Source: Psilocybe cubensis (lineage: Eukaryota). From it: a stretch of DNA of 64,000 bases. The DNA lies in the NCBI GenBank assembly GCA_017499595.2, contig CM039002.1, positions 930,001 through 994,000 on the forward strand, written 5' to 3'. The position numbers and the translations under genes were made by a program. Positions 38,947 through 52,700 of the stretch are shown here, piece by piece. The notes below the pieces were generated by a model. It was not told the origin of the DNA and made no database searches. It worked only from the letters and a program-made list of their open reading frames with translations. The number at the start of each line of letters is the position of its first letter. Position 1 is the stretch's first letter.

Positions 38947-40231
38947 TCATGTGAGGTCAATAACTGGCGCAGGAGTTTTCGGAACCACTGTCCGCTGACG
39001 AGATTTCGCTGGAGAATTTTCATCTGTCAAATCGATGACTTCATTCGGCAAAAAATGCTTTTTAGGCTCTAGCTTGATTTTCTTCCTGGCCCCACCCTCT
39101 GCTTCTCTCTCCAGTTTCTTCTGTCGAACTTTATCCAGTTGAGCCTGAGGGTAAGTAGGGGACACGAAAAATAATTGTTCGTGGTCAATAGTAAAGGCGC
39201 AATAGAGTGACCTGTACATACAAGTAAGACCCTTTCCTCTTCATCAACACTGTTTTCGCCTTCATCCTCTTCATCCTCTTCGTCCTTCACTTCTGGTTCC
39301 TTGCGTTTATTCGAGGGACCTGGTTCTGGTGTTGGGGAAGCAGATGCCCTTTGATCACGCGCAACAATATCCGTAGCCATGAGCCACTCTAAGCCAGTGG
39401 ATTAATGCATAGTTCTAAGGTAAGAAAATGGCAGTGCGTACCAAGAGGGCGATACTTGACGATAAAGGTTGCAATTACACCACAGCTTACCGAGCTGTAA
39501 CTGCTGCGGGTAGCTACGACACTCTTTTCACCAAATCTAGACAATGATTTTTGTTTAGTAAAAAAAACGGAGGTGGATGAAGTATGGCGCTTACTTAACA
39601 TGATGCGTCAATCCCTTCTTTGATTTTTCGTGGATTTTATCTACCTCAGGGATATCATAATGAGCTACCTTTCCTAAAGAGGCTGCAAAACTGGTCTTCT
39701 TGTCAACAATTAGCCGGATTTCCCCAAAATGAGGGTTTTGGGCAAGCTTGTTAAGATATGCATCGTCGTCTGAGCTATGCAAGTCAATCTGCAGGCTCAA
39801 AGTTCGACATGATGATTTGTGGTACCCACCAGTTAATTGCAAACATCCAAATTGAAACAAACGCTGCTCCGTATCCGAAATTTGGACCCCAGTTATGGTG
39901 TGTCGAAGATTGCAAGCTTCAGGCAACACTATGTAGCCGCCTGATGTTACTCCATCTAAAATGATTTTCAAGCCCATTGCGTACTGGTCGGTAGTGGGTT
40001 TATACATGATTGCGAAAGGCTGCAAAGCTATTGGTGAGCAATCAATTGACAAACCAGAATGAAGAGACGTACCTTATCCGATTCCGATGCTATCCAGCAG
40101 CTAACCTCTTTCTTTTCCGCGTTGTACTCTATGGAGTAGTGAGGAACCATCTTCCCGGCCACTTCGATCCAGACTTCTATTGGCGCGCCTTCGCACGTAA
40201 GAAAGGTCGGTATTTCGGGCTGGGAGGTCAT
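38947..40231 (-). CDS. Hypothetical protein, DUF7918-like, tandem copy B
   Basis: IEVWIEVAGK...EVSCWIAS, QRLFQFG, DDDAYL, IHEKSKKGLTH, ATFIVKYRPL, and C-terminal EVIDLT / VIDLT*. Confidence 0.75.
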
Positions 40232-40890
40232 GGAGAATTGTACACGGCCTATGTGACGTTGAGGAATTACAGAGAGGGCTAACAGATCGGTTAGCCAGGG
40301 CCTCAGTGGCAGCACAATCTAAATTGTAGGAACCTCACCTGATAAGACTTGTACAAAGAGAAAGGCAAGGTTTGGTAGATAAGATTATACAATTTTCCAG
40401 TACGGCAGAGAGGAAATAGAAAATAAATTATGGCGTGGGGTGACAGGTGTTCGGTAGGTCCCTGAGGGTGTAGTTGGAAGAGATGAAAGGGAGCATGTAA
40501 ATTACATTTGACGTTTTTTTCACACGTGATATTTTAATTTACACACGTCGCGTCGCGTCTGATAAGTAGCTCATTTAGAAGACTCAAAATGGCGCGCTAG
40601 TCTTCCAGGAATAAAGCAGTACCCGAAATATTCAAATAAAAACTGAGCGTCCGATTTCAACAGCTCCCAACACTTCAAAGGCTCAGTGTAAGCAGTCTGT
40701 TGCAATTGAGGTAGCTATGACCCATTTGGTAGTTTAGACATGTCTTCAGAGTGTCAAAACGTCGGCAGGTCATTTGACTAACGACCCGAGTCTACCGTAT
40801 AGATCCAAAGTATTATATGAGCATAAGCGAACCACACAGGTACAACAGAGCTGTCCAAATCAACGTAACACCATAGGAGCACGGCCAACT

Positions 40891-42518
40891 CTAAACAAGC
40901 CCACTGCCAGCCATCCGCACCGTATCTCCTACAGCGCGGACAATCTCCCACCACGCTCTCGATACCACGCCGCCCTCAGCGCCCCCGCCTGCAGCATGCA
41001 GTCTCCGCCGTACTAGCTCAGCATTACTGCTGCCCGCTGAGACAGCTGCCGCCGCGATGCCGGCCGCAGTCGTCCCTCCCCCGCCTATCCCCAGCGCGCC
41101 CAGCCCGGATTCCAGCAGCCGTTTCTGGCGCCTCATCCGCAGAATGAACGATATAAGCGGAACAAGAACAAATAACAGGATGAATGTAGTCGTCTTCGTG
41201 CTAGTGAGGTACGGAGCTAGCGATGCCCGGATGAGCGCGTAGATGCTGGGCGAACCTGGCCGCGCTGACACCTGGTGTGCAAGATGTGCGCGGGGATGGG
41301 GTGTTGAGTAGGCAGAACTCGCTGATGATGACATTGTGCGAGCTTTTGAAGGCGAGCGGGAAGATCTCTGGGCGGGGTTGCTGCTTTGAATAGTGCCATT
41401 AAGGGGTATAGGGCCTGATTGTTTTATGGGTGTAGCGGTTTCATCAGATGCTACAGATATTGAGGATGAAGATGCCTGAGAGATGTTTGTCAATCCGGAT
41501 GGTGAGAAGCGATTGCCCCTTGAAGTTGCAGGGACGACGGTATGTGTTGAAGTGGTGGATAGTGAGGAAGAGGAAGAGGAAGAGGCGGAGGAAGGGGCAG
41601 GTGAATAAGAACGAGGCGATGACGAGCCTGATAAAGGAGCAGAGGGAGTTGCGTCTTGCGTAGGAGTAAAAGTGCGGCGGGCAGCTAAGGCTTGCATGTA
41701 TTGGTTGTTCAGAGTGGCCTTCAGATGCTGGTTGTCATAATTTTTGGTTAATTTTACGTCCAAGAACCAAAAAGATCATATCAACGTACCTCTCTTTTCT
41801 GAGCAGGCATTTCGCCTTCATACTCTAAAAACTCCTTCGCATAATCCCATTGGCCCAGTTTTGGAAGGATGTGAAGACAATACAAATCCAAGACTTTCAC
41901 ATAGCCGTCACCCCCAGCGTCTGCTTGGTTATCTCTCCGAGCAAGCCAATCTTCTATGATCACGCGTCCTACATCCGGTGCGTCTACCTTTAGGCAGCAG
42001 TATACCAAGGTAGTTAGCACCTGAGTTGGGAGGTATGCGGCGTTTAAGACAGTCTTCTGAGCGCTACCAGCCGTCGGAGTGAATAAGGCAAGTGAGCGAG
42101 TGTATATAGAAGTTGCTAGAGCTTGCGGTGATTCTGAGAGAATTTCGCGGAGGGCCTCCGGTAGAGAATCGCTTGCGGATGGTGGGGACGTGTATACTGT
42201 AGACTCAAATGTGATTCGTAGAATATCCCATTTTCTCCTCTGGTCCGATAGCGAGTCAGTAGAACTCTGAGGCGATTGCAAGAGATCAAACGCGGATCGA
42301 AGAAGAGTATGTGTGAGGGGGATATCTCTCAGCACGAAAGCTCGCGCTGCACGATTGTAGAGGGAACGAAGGGTCGTCCCTACAGACGCCTCAAGCGTCT
42401 TGGACTTGAATGGAGACAATGCTGGCGGTATATTTGAGGACTCCAAGGTTGCTTTTAGAGGAATTTGTGCCTGAAATAAGGCTGTCTTTGCGACTGTAGT
42501 GGTTGTCGCGGTTGGCAT
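40891..42518 (-). CDS. PEX26: Peroxin-26-like tail-anchored protein
   Basis: YNRAARAFVLRD, LPTQVLTTLV, IIEDWLA, YVKVLDLYCLHILPKLGQWDYAKEF, a Ser-rich linker, a C-terminal TM and a VGDTVRMAG tail. One intron at about 41730-41789. Confidence 0.65.
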
Positions 42519-43325
42519 TGAAGGAGGAGACGGAGAAGGAGGAAGTGCAAGGAGTAAATTCCGGCTCCTTAGAGGGGTCAGGTTCGGTAAGCGGTTTTCA
42601 CGTGTGCCGGTGCGGCTGCCGCCAAGCGCCCACGTGCTCTTCTTCTCAACAATCGATGCAGCGCCTGTCTTCCTTCTTGTCTTCATACTTTGCCGTCCGT
42701 CCGACTTGCACCCAGTTGTTCTGGCCTAACCGCAATGCTCCAATGTACATTCGCAGGGCGTCTTAGCTGGATCTCAGCTCTCTATCACGCGCAACCAACG
42801 CTATCAACCAATGAACGACGGCCGCCTGACGTGCTCGCTGGCAGCTCCCATCCATTCATTACTTCCTTGGGTGCGGATTCGATGCCTCCTCTGTCCGGAT
42901 ACATCTGTATTCCCATTAATGCGCTGTCGGATGCACTTGGGTGATATAAGTACAGCCTAAATATAACCAAGAGCGCTTTAAATCGTCTTTCGGGTTCACA
43001 TGACGAACGCGCGACCCCCTACTTCTCAAAGTATTCCATTGGCGGATTTTTTTGCTGTCGTGGAGGCCCGATTTACAATCTTAGCATATATCGTACAAAA
43101 AAGGAGCGGTCCTCTTATCTGCCTAAATAGCGGCAGTGTCTAATCAGTGCTGATGCAATGGCCGAGAATGCTTTCCACTACATACCTACAATTCATCTGG
43201 TGTGACTTATCTTGGGCTTTATGGTAATATCCACGCCGACCAACTGTCAGGAAACAATATAAAGGATGTGATGTCAGATTCTCAAAGCCTGGGACTCGTC
43301 CTACCACTTCGTAGTCGACCACGAC

Positions 43326-44953
43326 ATGGTCGATATCCCACTGGAAATATGGTTCAATATCGCACATTTCATTCCTGCCCAAGACCTCCTTCGTCTCATG
43401 AGCCTCAACAGAGTCTTCTTCTACGTTGCAATGGATATTCGGTACAAAGGTGTTACAATCCCTACGAAAACTGGGACGGAAAGCAAACAATTACTGACAC
43501 GTCTCTCGTGAGTGTAAGGCCCTGCATAAACGATGAACACAGGCTAACGCTTGTGTCGCATCCCCCAGTGATCCTTTTGTGTCTTCCCGAGTTCGTCATT
43601 TGTCTCTGGTTTTATACGCCAAACCTCAGTCTATGGTACCCAACCCCGGTCGGTTCATGTATCTCCGCACCACTCACGGCCAGCAAAGCATCACCGACAC
43701 CGTTATGTTTTTTCGGCTAGGACAACAAATCTCCCCGACCCATCCCCAGTCCCCAGATTTTGAAGATCTGCTTGGTGAATTCATTGCCGGATCGTCCGAC
43801 TTTTCAAACATCAACGGATTTACTATCAAGACCTGGTATATGCCGTCTGCGTATAATTTGTCTGCCATTTACTCGTCTATCTGGTCAGCCTTTGGTTCAA
43901 AGCTTCAAAAGCTTTGCTTAGAAGGAAATTTGGAGCATTATCGTCTGCTAGTTGACTCCCGTCCGTCGTTGCCAGTGCTGAAGGAGCTGAATATCGACTT
44001 CGACCGCAATTCATTCCATCATGGCCGAATTGCTAACAATGCACTCAGCGATATCATCACTTTTCTCAATGGCCTCAGCTCCCATCTGGAAGTGCTCCGG
44101 ATACGGTCCTGGTTTGCCCTGGACATCTCTGATTTGCTTGCTCCGCTACCGATTTTTCCCAAATTGGTGCATCTCGAAGTCAATGTGACGTTCATGTCCT
44201 GCAGGGACCCCGCCGGCCTTCAGAATTTCATTTATCACCTCTCTCACACGGTCAGGAAAATTAACCTACGCATCAACCCCTCTCAATCTTTCGTTAATTC
44301 CCTTGCATTCCAACCTTCCACTCGATGGTTCTTGACTTGTGTGGAGGATGACGAATGTTTCTCGCAATTGAGAACGATTGATATCTACCTTATTCCAACG
44401 ATTGGAAATGGCCTGATGGACATTGCTGCTGCATTCATTCGGCGTGCGTCGAGCAGCCTCGGGGAGCTGGGAATCCACGAGCGCAACCTCAGTGAAGACG
44501 ATGCGATGCTCCTCATCGACGCTCTGTCGGGGTGCACAACTATCAGGTCCTTGCATCTCAGTGTTCTGAACATAACCATCGAGTTGATCGACAAGTTGGC
44601 CTCGTCTACGCCCGGTCTACAAAGGCTTTGGATTTCAGTGGAAGGAGCATTTGATAATGCCGAGGCAGAAGGTGGCCACGTACGTTGTTCTAAATTCATA
44701 GCTTATGGTGGCGCTATGGCTTATGTTTGATGCTTTTCGTGTTCGCCCGACACAGGCCACTTTTCTTCGGGAGCTACAAACCCGTTCTTACCCCGATTGG
44801 AAGCTGGAAGACCTTTCCGTTATGCAGAATAAATTCCGGCTTCGCGAGGTCAACCATGATACCATGATGGCGTTTTCGCGCAGTATACCTTCACTCTTCA
44901 GCTTTTTCGGGAATGGACATATCGACCGAACGGCTACTTCAGGAGACATTTAG
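43326..44953 (+). CDS. F-box-like / LRR protein, paralogue 4
   Basis: MVDIPLEIWFNIAHFIP..., an intron before DPF, LRR-like ORF, and a last exon YPDWKLEDLS...AFSRSIPSLFSFFGNGH. Confidence 0.82.
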
Positions 44954-45034
44954 AACGCTATCTGCCTCCTGTCAATTTTTTTCATCTTCTTTTCCAATGG
45001 GATGCCGATGGCAATGTTAGATTTTGATCTATTA

Positions 45035-45511
45035 ATGAATGCCACTCAAGCTTCCTACCGAAATGATATTTGCCGAACTGAAGTAGTACTAAGCATCACA
45101 AATGGGTGAGTCTCTATCAGCCTTCGAAACCTGGCTCATGCATACAAACTGGCGATTTGGCGTGTCACTAGATTTGGCGCTTTTCGGAATAGTATTCACT
45201 GCATCTTTGTCTCCTACTCTCTTGGCCTCGTGTTGGCTCGGGAACAAACACTTCTAAATGACAGAGAATCGAGAAACCCTTTGCCACGCCTCTATCAGTC
45301 TCGTTACTGCATTCCCGACCCACTGCATACCATTTGGTATCCAAGTATGTACCTACTGTTAGTCCTTTGCGACCAGTGGGCCACGAACAACGTGGACGAA
45401 ACTGCTGTGCCATCAACAGATATCCCGAAAGGGAATTATCCGAGCATGGCTGTAGATGGGTTAACCGGCCAAACAAAGGAATGGGTTCTACTCTCAAATG
45501 TCTCACAGTAA
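45035..45511 (+). CDS. Possible small hypothetical protein
   Basis: An exon from ATG 45035 (MNATQASY...ITNG) splices via GTGAGT...CACTAG in frame into ORF 45230-45511. No recognisable motif. Confidence 0.3.
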
Positions 45512-46023
45512 CCAACACATGCAACTTCCATTGACTTTCTTTTTCTTTTGCTCGCTGTCTATTTCGTTTAAGCAGATCGCAAATTGCATATAGTGGTTGC
45601 TATGAGAAGGCATTGTTCAGCGGCTTTTTTTTGCGTAGTCGCGAAGGCCTGCTCCAGGATTAGATCAGAAAAAGGTGTGTTTTGAACGTGGTCAACACAA
45701 CATGAGGCGCGCCCACAATGATAATCAAAAACGAATCGAGAAAGTGGAGGCACAAATTCACACATGTATGCAAAACAGATTCTTCTGCCACCGCCTCGTC
45801 CCGCAATGATCTATATATGCTTTGTTCTGGGACACCGACGCGGATATCTGCCTCGTTGCATTCAATTTGATTCCAGTATAAATGCTGATTCGTTCTCTGT
45901 GGTGGCCCACCAAACTTGATCTTCTGCTGTTTCTCTCTCTCTCCTCGTATTGTATCTCCACACGTCCTCAGCTGTCTGCGTCTGCATCCACTTGAAAATT
46001 ATACCATTATCGGCTGAATATAC

Positions 46024-47411
46024 ATGGAAGCTCACGAAATCCTCGGTATCTCAAAATACGCGTCGGAAGATCAGATTAGGGCTGCCTACAAGGCTTTGGT
46101 ACGTAACCTAGTGTGTCCATCCGACCCAACTCCAACCTTTCCCTTTCTAAGGCTATGAAATGGCATCCCGACCGCCAATTAAATAATTCTGAAGAGGCTA
46201 CTGCCAAATTCGCCGAAGTGAGTCTCTAGTTTTGAAGCAGGCATCTTTGGACACTAACGCGGTACTACGCAAGATTAATAAGGCTAACCGAACTATGCTC
46301 CGTAACCTTCGTCGCGCTCGTCGGGCAGCACAGGCCGGGCAAACTCCCTCAGCGTCGGAGTGTTCTGCACCACCTTCTCCCCAGTCGGCCACCACATCCT
46401 TGTCTGAATCATCGACATGTTATTCGGCTTCTCAATCGAGAGCGTCATCTCCGGCACAGAGATCGTTAGAGTTGCCTTCGAGTTCTTCTGCGACTTTAGA
46501 CCCTTTTTCGTCTCCTCGGTCCTCTTCCTCCGATCTACGTCACACTCGAGGAGGGGATCAAAGTCCAAAGTCAGTCAGGCATCCCGCTGCGGACACCCTA
46601 AACTCCCACGCGTCTCCGAAATCGTTCCTTTACCCTCTTTCGACAGATCCGCTACGTAACAAAATACGAAAGAGTTCGAAATCGAAAAACCCCGATCTGG
46701 AGTTAAATGCATGCGAAGACGAAGACAACCAGCCTTTACTCCACCACGGCGGACGCGACGTCAAGACCTTGCGTCCTGGGCGCGTCGCGCTGCACGGAAC
46801 CGGGGCCGAAGTCCCACGAACATGGACACACACCCTTCACATGAGCCTCGAGGACATCTATCGCGGGAAGACGTTTCATTTCCGCGTCGTTCGGTATACG
46901 CGATCAGGCAGGAAGCACGTTTTGCCTGTGAGCGTTCGCGTGCCTTCGGGCAGCCGCGGTGGGACTGAGGTCATCGTCCAGGGCGCTGGGAATGAGTGCA
47001 AAGACGGCTCGTGGCAGGATCTCAGCTTCATTGTGAAAGAGACCAAGCACGAGAAATTTAAGCGCGTTCATAATGATCTGATTTTGGAGATCAGGCTTCC
47101 TTGGGTTGAAAGTTTGAATAGCCAGGAGGGGCAAGTTTACCTTCAGGGCATCGACGAAAAAGACTATTTGTTCAAGGTCGATTATCATATCACCCGGCTT
47201 TTGAGTGGAACTGCGGTTATACCGGGCGCTGGAATGCCCTGCCGTGACGGAGGCGGTCGAGGTCGGATTATTGTTCGGTCAGTAATGTTGTCCAAGTTTC
47301 TCCACGTTCTGCGATGCTTATGCACCTATTTAACACAGATGGCAGATTTACCAAAGTTCTTCCTCTTGGGATACGATAAAGAATGCCCTTCGGTTTTCAA
47401 GTAAACATTGA
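46024..47411 (+). CDS. Divergent class B DnaJ protein (Sis1-like paralogue with Ser-rich linker)
   Basis: MEAHEILGI...AYKAL|AMKWHPDR...AKFAE| J-domain and C-terminal domain SLEDIYRG...GAGNE...FKRVHNDL...GAGMP. The last exon ends SKH* at 47411. Confidence 0.85.
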
Positions 47412-47846
47412 TTTTAGCCTGACCTACCTTTTATGATTATTATAAAAAGTATCAGCAAAATGTCTGAGGATATCCCTACTTATCGTAGTTCCATGGTATA
47501 TACTCTAAACTACATCAGCTTTTAATTGAACACCAGAAACTGGAATTCGTATAAGGCAACGCTTGTTTATCGACAATCGCTATGTCTCATATCACGCTCA
47601 TTTGTGAGACTGAGAAACTGTTGACCCAGGTTTCCGTGGCACAGTCAGTGAAATTTGAATAAAAACATCTCATATATTGGGGAAGTAATACTTGTACAAG
47701 GAGTGTGGATCGGTAATCAATACCGTACGCAAAAAGCAAAGCATACTTGTAAATGAACATAAGATGCGATGTTTGTGTTATAATTCATGACTACAAACGA
47801 TTAGATTCTGTAAAATAAGGGATTAAAAGGTCAAGTTGATCAACGA

Positions 47847-48687
47847 CTAGATCAAATACCTACCATCCCTGACAGTTGTCATCTGGCTGTACACAGAAAC
47901 ACTATCATGAGGATTTGCGGTAGCACCATGTTCCTTAGACGCAGTCCTTGTAGTCATCATCAAGGGAGGACGAAAAGGGGTATAACCCGGCCCTGGTTTC
48001 TGAGGAACACTGGTCAACGCTGGCTGGGAAAACGCAGCAGCTTGGTTCATAGGATAAACGGTGCATCGAAGGTGCACTTCAGGGAATAGAGCAACATCTC
48101 CAGCCACTTGTGTCGGATATGGTGGACGAAATGCAAGCGGGCCTTTGTTAACCTTTCGCTGACTTAGACCTGGAATCCCCGGAAGGCTCTTCTCCTTCCG
48201 ATAATCGAGACTGCGGAAACTTTTCTGAACGTGAAGCCTTTGAGACTTGCGTGCCGCAGTGGTAGTTGCCCGAGAAGGCTTCTTGTGAAGTTCGCGTTCA
48301 CGCGGGAGCTTTGTTCGCTCGGCTTGGACAGACTGTTTGGCCCTGAGCACTTCTTCCTTCCTCTTGCGGTGATATTGGTTGACCATCTCCGTGACGATGA
48401 AGGCAGTGACATTGTAGACGCCTTTGCACGGGCGGCCATCTGAGCGACGCCCTAGACAGTTGTACAGACCGACGGCGGCCTGAGGTGGATTGGGGTACCA
48501 GCATGCCTGCACGCTGCATTTACTGTGTAAATCCGACGGCCAGTCGGAAGGTAGAACCATCTGGGACGCTTCGCCCTTTCTGGGACCTAAGGAGCGGACT
48601 GCAATCGTTAACAGTGAGATACGCACTAACAACAATGATCATGCCACAACCCGACTTACAAAAGTTAAATAATTTCGTGGGGTTCAT
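47847..48687 (-). CDS. Hypothetical basic protein with a Cys/His cluster
   Basis: TATAAAAG upstream. Exon 1 MNPTKLFNF splices in frame into ORF 47847-48635, which contains HSKCSVQAC...NCLGRRSDGRPC. Confidence 0.6.
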
Positions 48688-49742
48688 TGGGATAAAAATG
48701 AGTGATGTATCAGAACGAAATAGTCGAGGATGATATCAACGAGTAGTAGGGGTGAAGAGAAGGTTCGAACGGAGGGCAAGTGAGGATAGCAACTCCCCGC
48801 AGTGCAGTCCCTTTTATACTGCCAACACCGGCAAGATAGCATTGTTCCGACGGAGATACTCGAACAAAGCGGGAAGCAAGTAGTGAGGCACATTGCAGGC
48901 CTGTTGCATCGCTGCGGACATCTCGAGGCCTAAACAAACTTGAATGTGCCATTCCGGGGCCATAACAAAGGCCATACAGATTCACCACCTCGAAAGTGCA
49001 AACAATCACATTCTGTGTCAAACAGAACAAGATCATATAAGCATTTGTGGTAGATTTCTGCTCTCCAACAATATATAAATCGAGGGTGTGAGAGGTTAAA
49101 CGCAACACATGGAAGTAGGTGTGGTCGAGGAGCAACTTGCCTGAAACTCTGGCCAACACACCTTGGCGGAACTTGCAAAAAATCGTGGCATCGAGGCACG
49201 TGACCGTGGTAAAATGTGAGTTGTTCGGACTTGGTAACGGCGGTAAACTTGAGTGAATCCTGAGTCAACATGATTTTCATGACAACGACCTATTACTTGC
49301 CTAGCGAATCCTTGTTCAATTGTTTGAATTATCACATTCCCAGACTAGTGGAGATTAAAATCGAAAGTATAGAACGACGTGAGACCGTAGATGTTGTTTT
49401 AAAATTGATTTGACAAGTTGAAGGTCAGGGCCGAGTCTGTTCCAAAAGGGCGTCTAAATCCTCCAATGCAAAAAAAAAAAAGATTGCCTTTGTTGAGTAT
49501 ATTCACGCGCTAAGGAAAAATTAAACCTGCCATCATATGCTAAATTGATCATAGATCAACGAGTCACAAAGTTTCTGTTTATGTCACTATCGATCCAGGT
49601 GCATATTTGTTTCGTGACGATTGTATCCTTGTTTTCAGAAATATTTATTGGTATTTGGCACTGGATGATTGTAAATGAGTATGGTATGACTCGTTCATTG
49701 AGTTAGCAAACAGTGCATACATCAGCCGCTGATGGGTAAATA

Positions 49743-52700
49743 TTAAAACCTGAAAACCCTATCTAAAGCACGGCCAATAGGAGTGAAAAAACCTCCACCT
49801 CCTCCTCCGCCACCACGGTTAGCCATCCGCAAACTCTGAATTTGGGATTCAAGCTCAGATTTCTGTTTGTCTGCTTTAGCAGAAGTCTGCGAAAGCTGAT
49901 CTCTAAGCCCAGACAGCTGTCGATTGTGCTCGGCACTCGCTCTTTCTTGTTCCCTACGTGATGCTTCTGACATCTCTTGCATTCGATTTTCAAGCCTCTC
50001 TTTTTCTTTGCGGTAGTCGGTGGCCAACTTTTGAGATTCATTCTGCACGCGCATCATCTCCGCTTGGAGCTTGTTCGCCTCTGCCTCGAGCTCTCGTCTT
50101 GCCTCCTCGTCTTTAACGCGTATCGCCTCTGGATGTGACAAAATTTCCTATGATTAGAATTGCAAGATATATACAAATAAAACCTACCTTTCATTTCTTC
50201 TCTAACAGCCTTGATCTCCTTACGGTGCTTCTCAATCTGCTCCATCATCTCCTTATTCAACTGCGCTCCAGCGGCCGTCTGCGCCATATCCTTTCCCTCA
50301 TCAACCAGCTCGCGCTGGATCTGCAGCGCCATCGGGTGGTTCTGAAGTATACGCCTAATAACACTCAACGCCGCAGCGCGCGTATTATCGTGCCGGAGGA
50401 ACTGCGCGCCTTTCGCGATGACGGGCTTGAAAAAGATGTCCTGCGTAGCGAGCTCGTGCGCGCGCGCCTCGCCTACCTCCGGTTTGACTTCGCCCCACAT
50501 GTTGGTGAGGATGACAACGTTGCGGAGCGTGCTCTCGCCGCAGAGCTCGCGGAACATTTTAAAGTTCCTTGTTGAGATGCCGGTCATACGGAAATCTGAG
50601 ATGCGGTGGATGTAGATCACACCCGCGAGGCGCTTGCCGTGTTCGTACCTATTTGCAAAGAAGAAGGGATATGAAGAGAAGATAATTGCGTAGACGGTGA
50701 GTTTGGCCTACGTTTCAGCGAGAAACATGGCGATCATACGCAGAACGTCCGCGTCACTCTTGGTGGTATCATCAAACCCGGGGGTGTCAATGAGACTAAC
50801 GGACCGCCCGTCGAGCTCAAAGGACGGCGCTAGCTCGACCGCGCCCGTGCAAGAGTGGAGACCCTGCCCGACTTTGAGGTTTGCCCCGCTCGCGAGGTTG
50901 ATGAACTGTGCCAGGCAAGGTGCCGTACAACCGACGGTCAGTTCAGACGATGCGTCGAGTCAAAAAAAAAAAGGACAAAGGCTTACGCTGGTTTTGCCGG
51001 TGCCTGTAGCTCCCATGACACTGTTGGAGAGAGACATGGTTACGGTTGCCGCCTCAAACATGGCCTACATAAGGCAACTGTTCCGCTATCAAGAAGCGGT
51101 GGATGGGGGTCCTGGCACTGCGTTACTTTCCTGTTTGTCACGTCAGGTAGAACTGCTGTTCAGACCCTCTATGTGTGGCTGTGGTTGGCCGGCTCGGGGG
51201 AAGTCGGAGTTTCAAATTTCAACCTCTGTCCGTGAGCCGGAGCCTCGAGGTGCTTCTCCGAAATATCCTTACCCCACCTCCTCGTTCTCTAACAAATTGG
51301 CATACAGCTGTACAACTCCCTCAAGTCACCACTCATTATACCTACCTTGCCGTCGGCTACCCTCCAACCTTGAGACAGGCATGCCGCCATGTCCCCGTTT
51401 AGATGGAGCATTTTGTGTGTTTGTTTAAGTTGGTGGTGTACAACGCCGTCTTCCAGCGTATTCCTGCGCTGTAAAAATTGGCCCTTATTCTACACAGCTT
51501 ATAAGTAGATTAATTAGGTTGTATTATATATTGCTCATGAATTGGACTATGAGAAATGTTATTTTTTGATGAAAACTAAATATACAATAAGTCTCAGCCG
51601 AATGAAACAAAGGGCTGATATATTGACCTAAATATACGATAAGTCTACAAACTCAATCAGCTATGTTTTATGAGTGACAAAATTGAATTTACCTCAGCCG
51701 AATGAAACAAAGGGCTGAGGTAGTGAGACGAGATGAGCCGGTATATGTGAGGATTGTGAAGTCAGAGAAGTTGATGAAGAAAATAAGGAAGGTGATGCGT
51801 TGTACGCTGAAGGAAAAGAAACTACTGAACTCAGTAGTAGGACAGGGGCTACCGGATCGAATGGTCCGACTACAAATAAGGAAGGTCCAGGTGTAAAAAA
51901 GGAAAGAAGGGAGAATAAAACATAAGTAAAGAACTCGTATTCCAACACACCCCCTCAACGCATCGCCTTACTGACTGTTTTCAAATCGACAAGACCCAAG
52001 CGAGTCACGCCTTCCAGGAATTTGACACGCTGAAGTGGTTTCGTGAGAATGTCGGCAGGGTTCTCCTTCCCAGGAATGTGAAGAATGTGAAAGGTCTTTG
52101 CTTCGATGTGGGAGCGAATAAAATGATATCGGATGTCGATGTGTTTGGCTTTGGAGTGTGAAGAGTCATTCTCACAGAGAGACTTGGCGCCTTCGTTGTT
52201 GGTAGCGACCACTAAGGGATTCGGGCATACAATATGAAGATATGAGAGTGACGACCCCAGCCATAAGCCTTCTTGAACTGTCCGTGTCAGTGCGATGTAC
52301 TCTGACTCTGTTGAGCTTGTCGAGATACAGGTCTGTGTCTTTGATGACCAACTCAACGGACCGCCCGCGACCATCCACACGAAGCCCGATACAGACGCAC
52401 GGGATTCCTTGTTCCCAGCCCAATCTGCGTCGGAGTAGCCTTGAAGTGCTTGAGATGCATCTTTACCCCCGTAGTGGAGACGATAGTTCCGTGTTCCACT
52501 CAAGTAGCAAAGGACTCGTTTGGCCGTGGCAAAGTGTCTGGGTTGAGGATTTGAAGCGTGTTGTGAAAGTAAGAGAACGGCAATGGAGATATCAGGACGA
52601 GAATGACGTTGTATGAAGAGAAGGGACCCTATGAGACGCTGAAACATGGACTTGATGTTTGGAATGTCTGGAAATACATCTGTTTCTTGCCCGAAAATGT

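Noticed and set aside
42519-42960. Upstream in-frame ATG (42686) for the PEX26-like gene, and a possible small plus-strand gene from about 42656
   Set aside because: The extension runs through promoter-like sequence, and no convincing reading frame or motif supports the small gene.
51689-51958. Duplicated ORFs at 51.7 kb and 56.9 kb
   Set aside because: They are incidental frames within the two LTRs.
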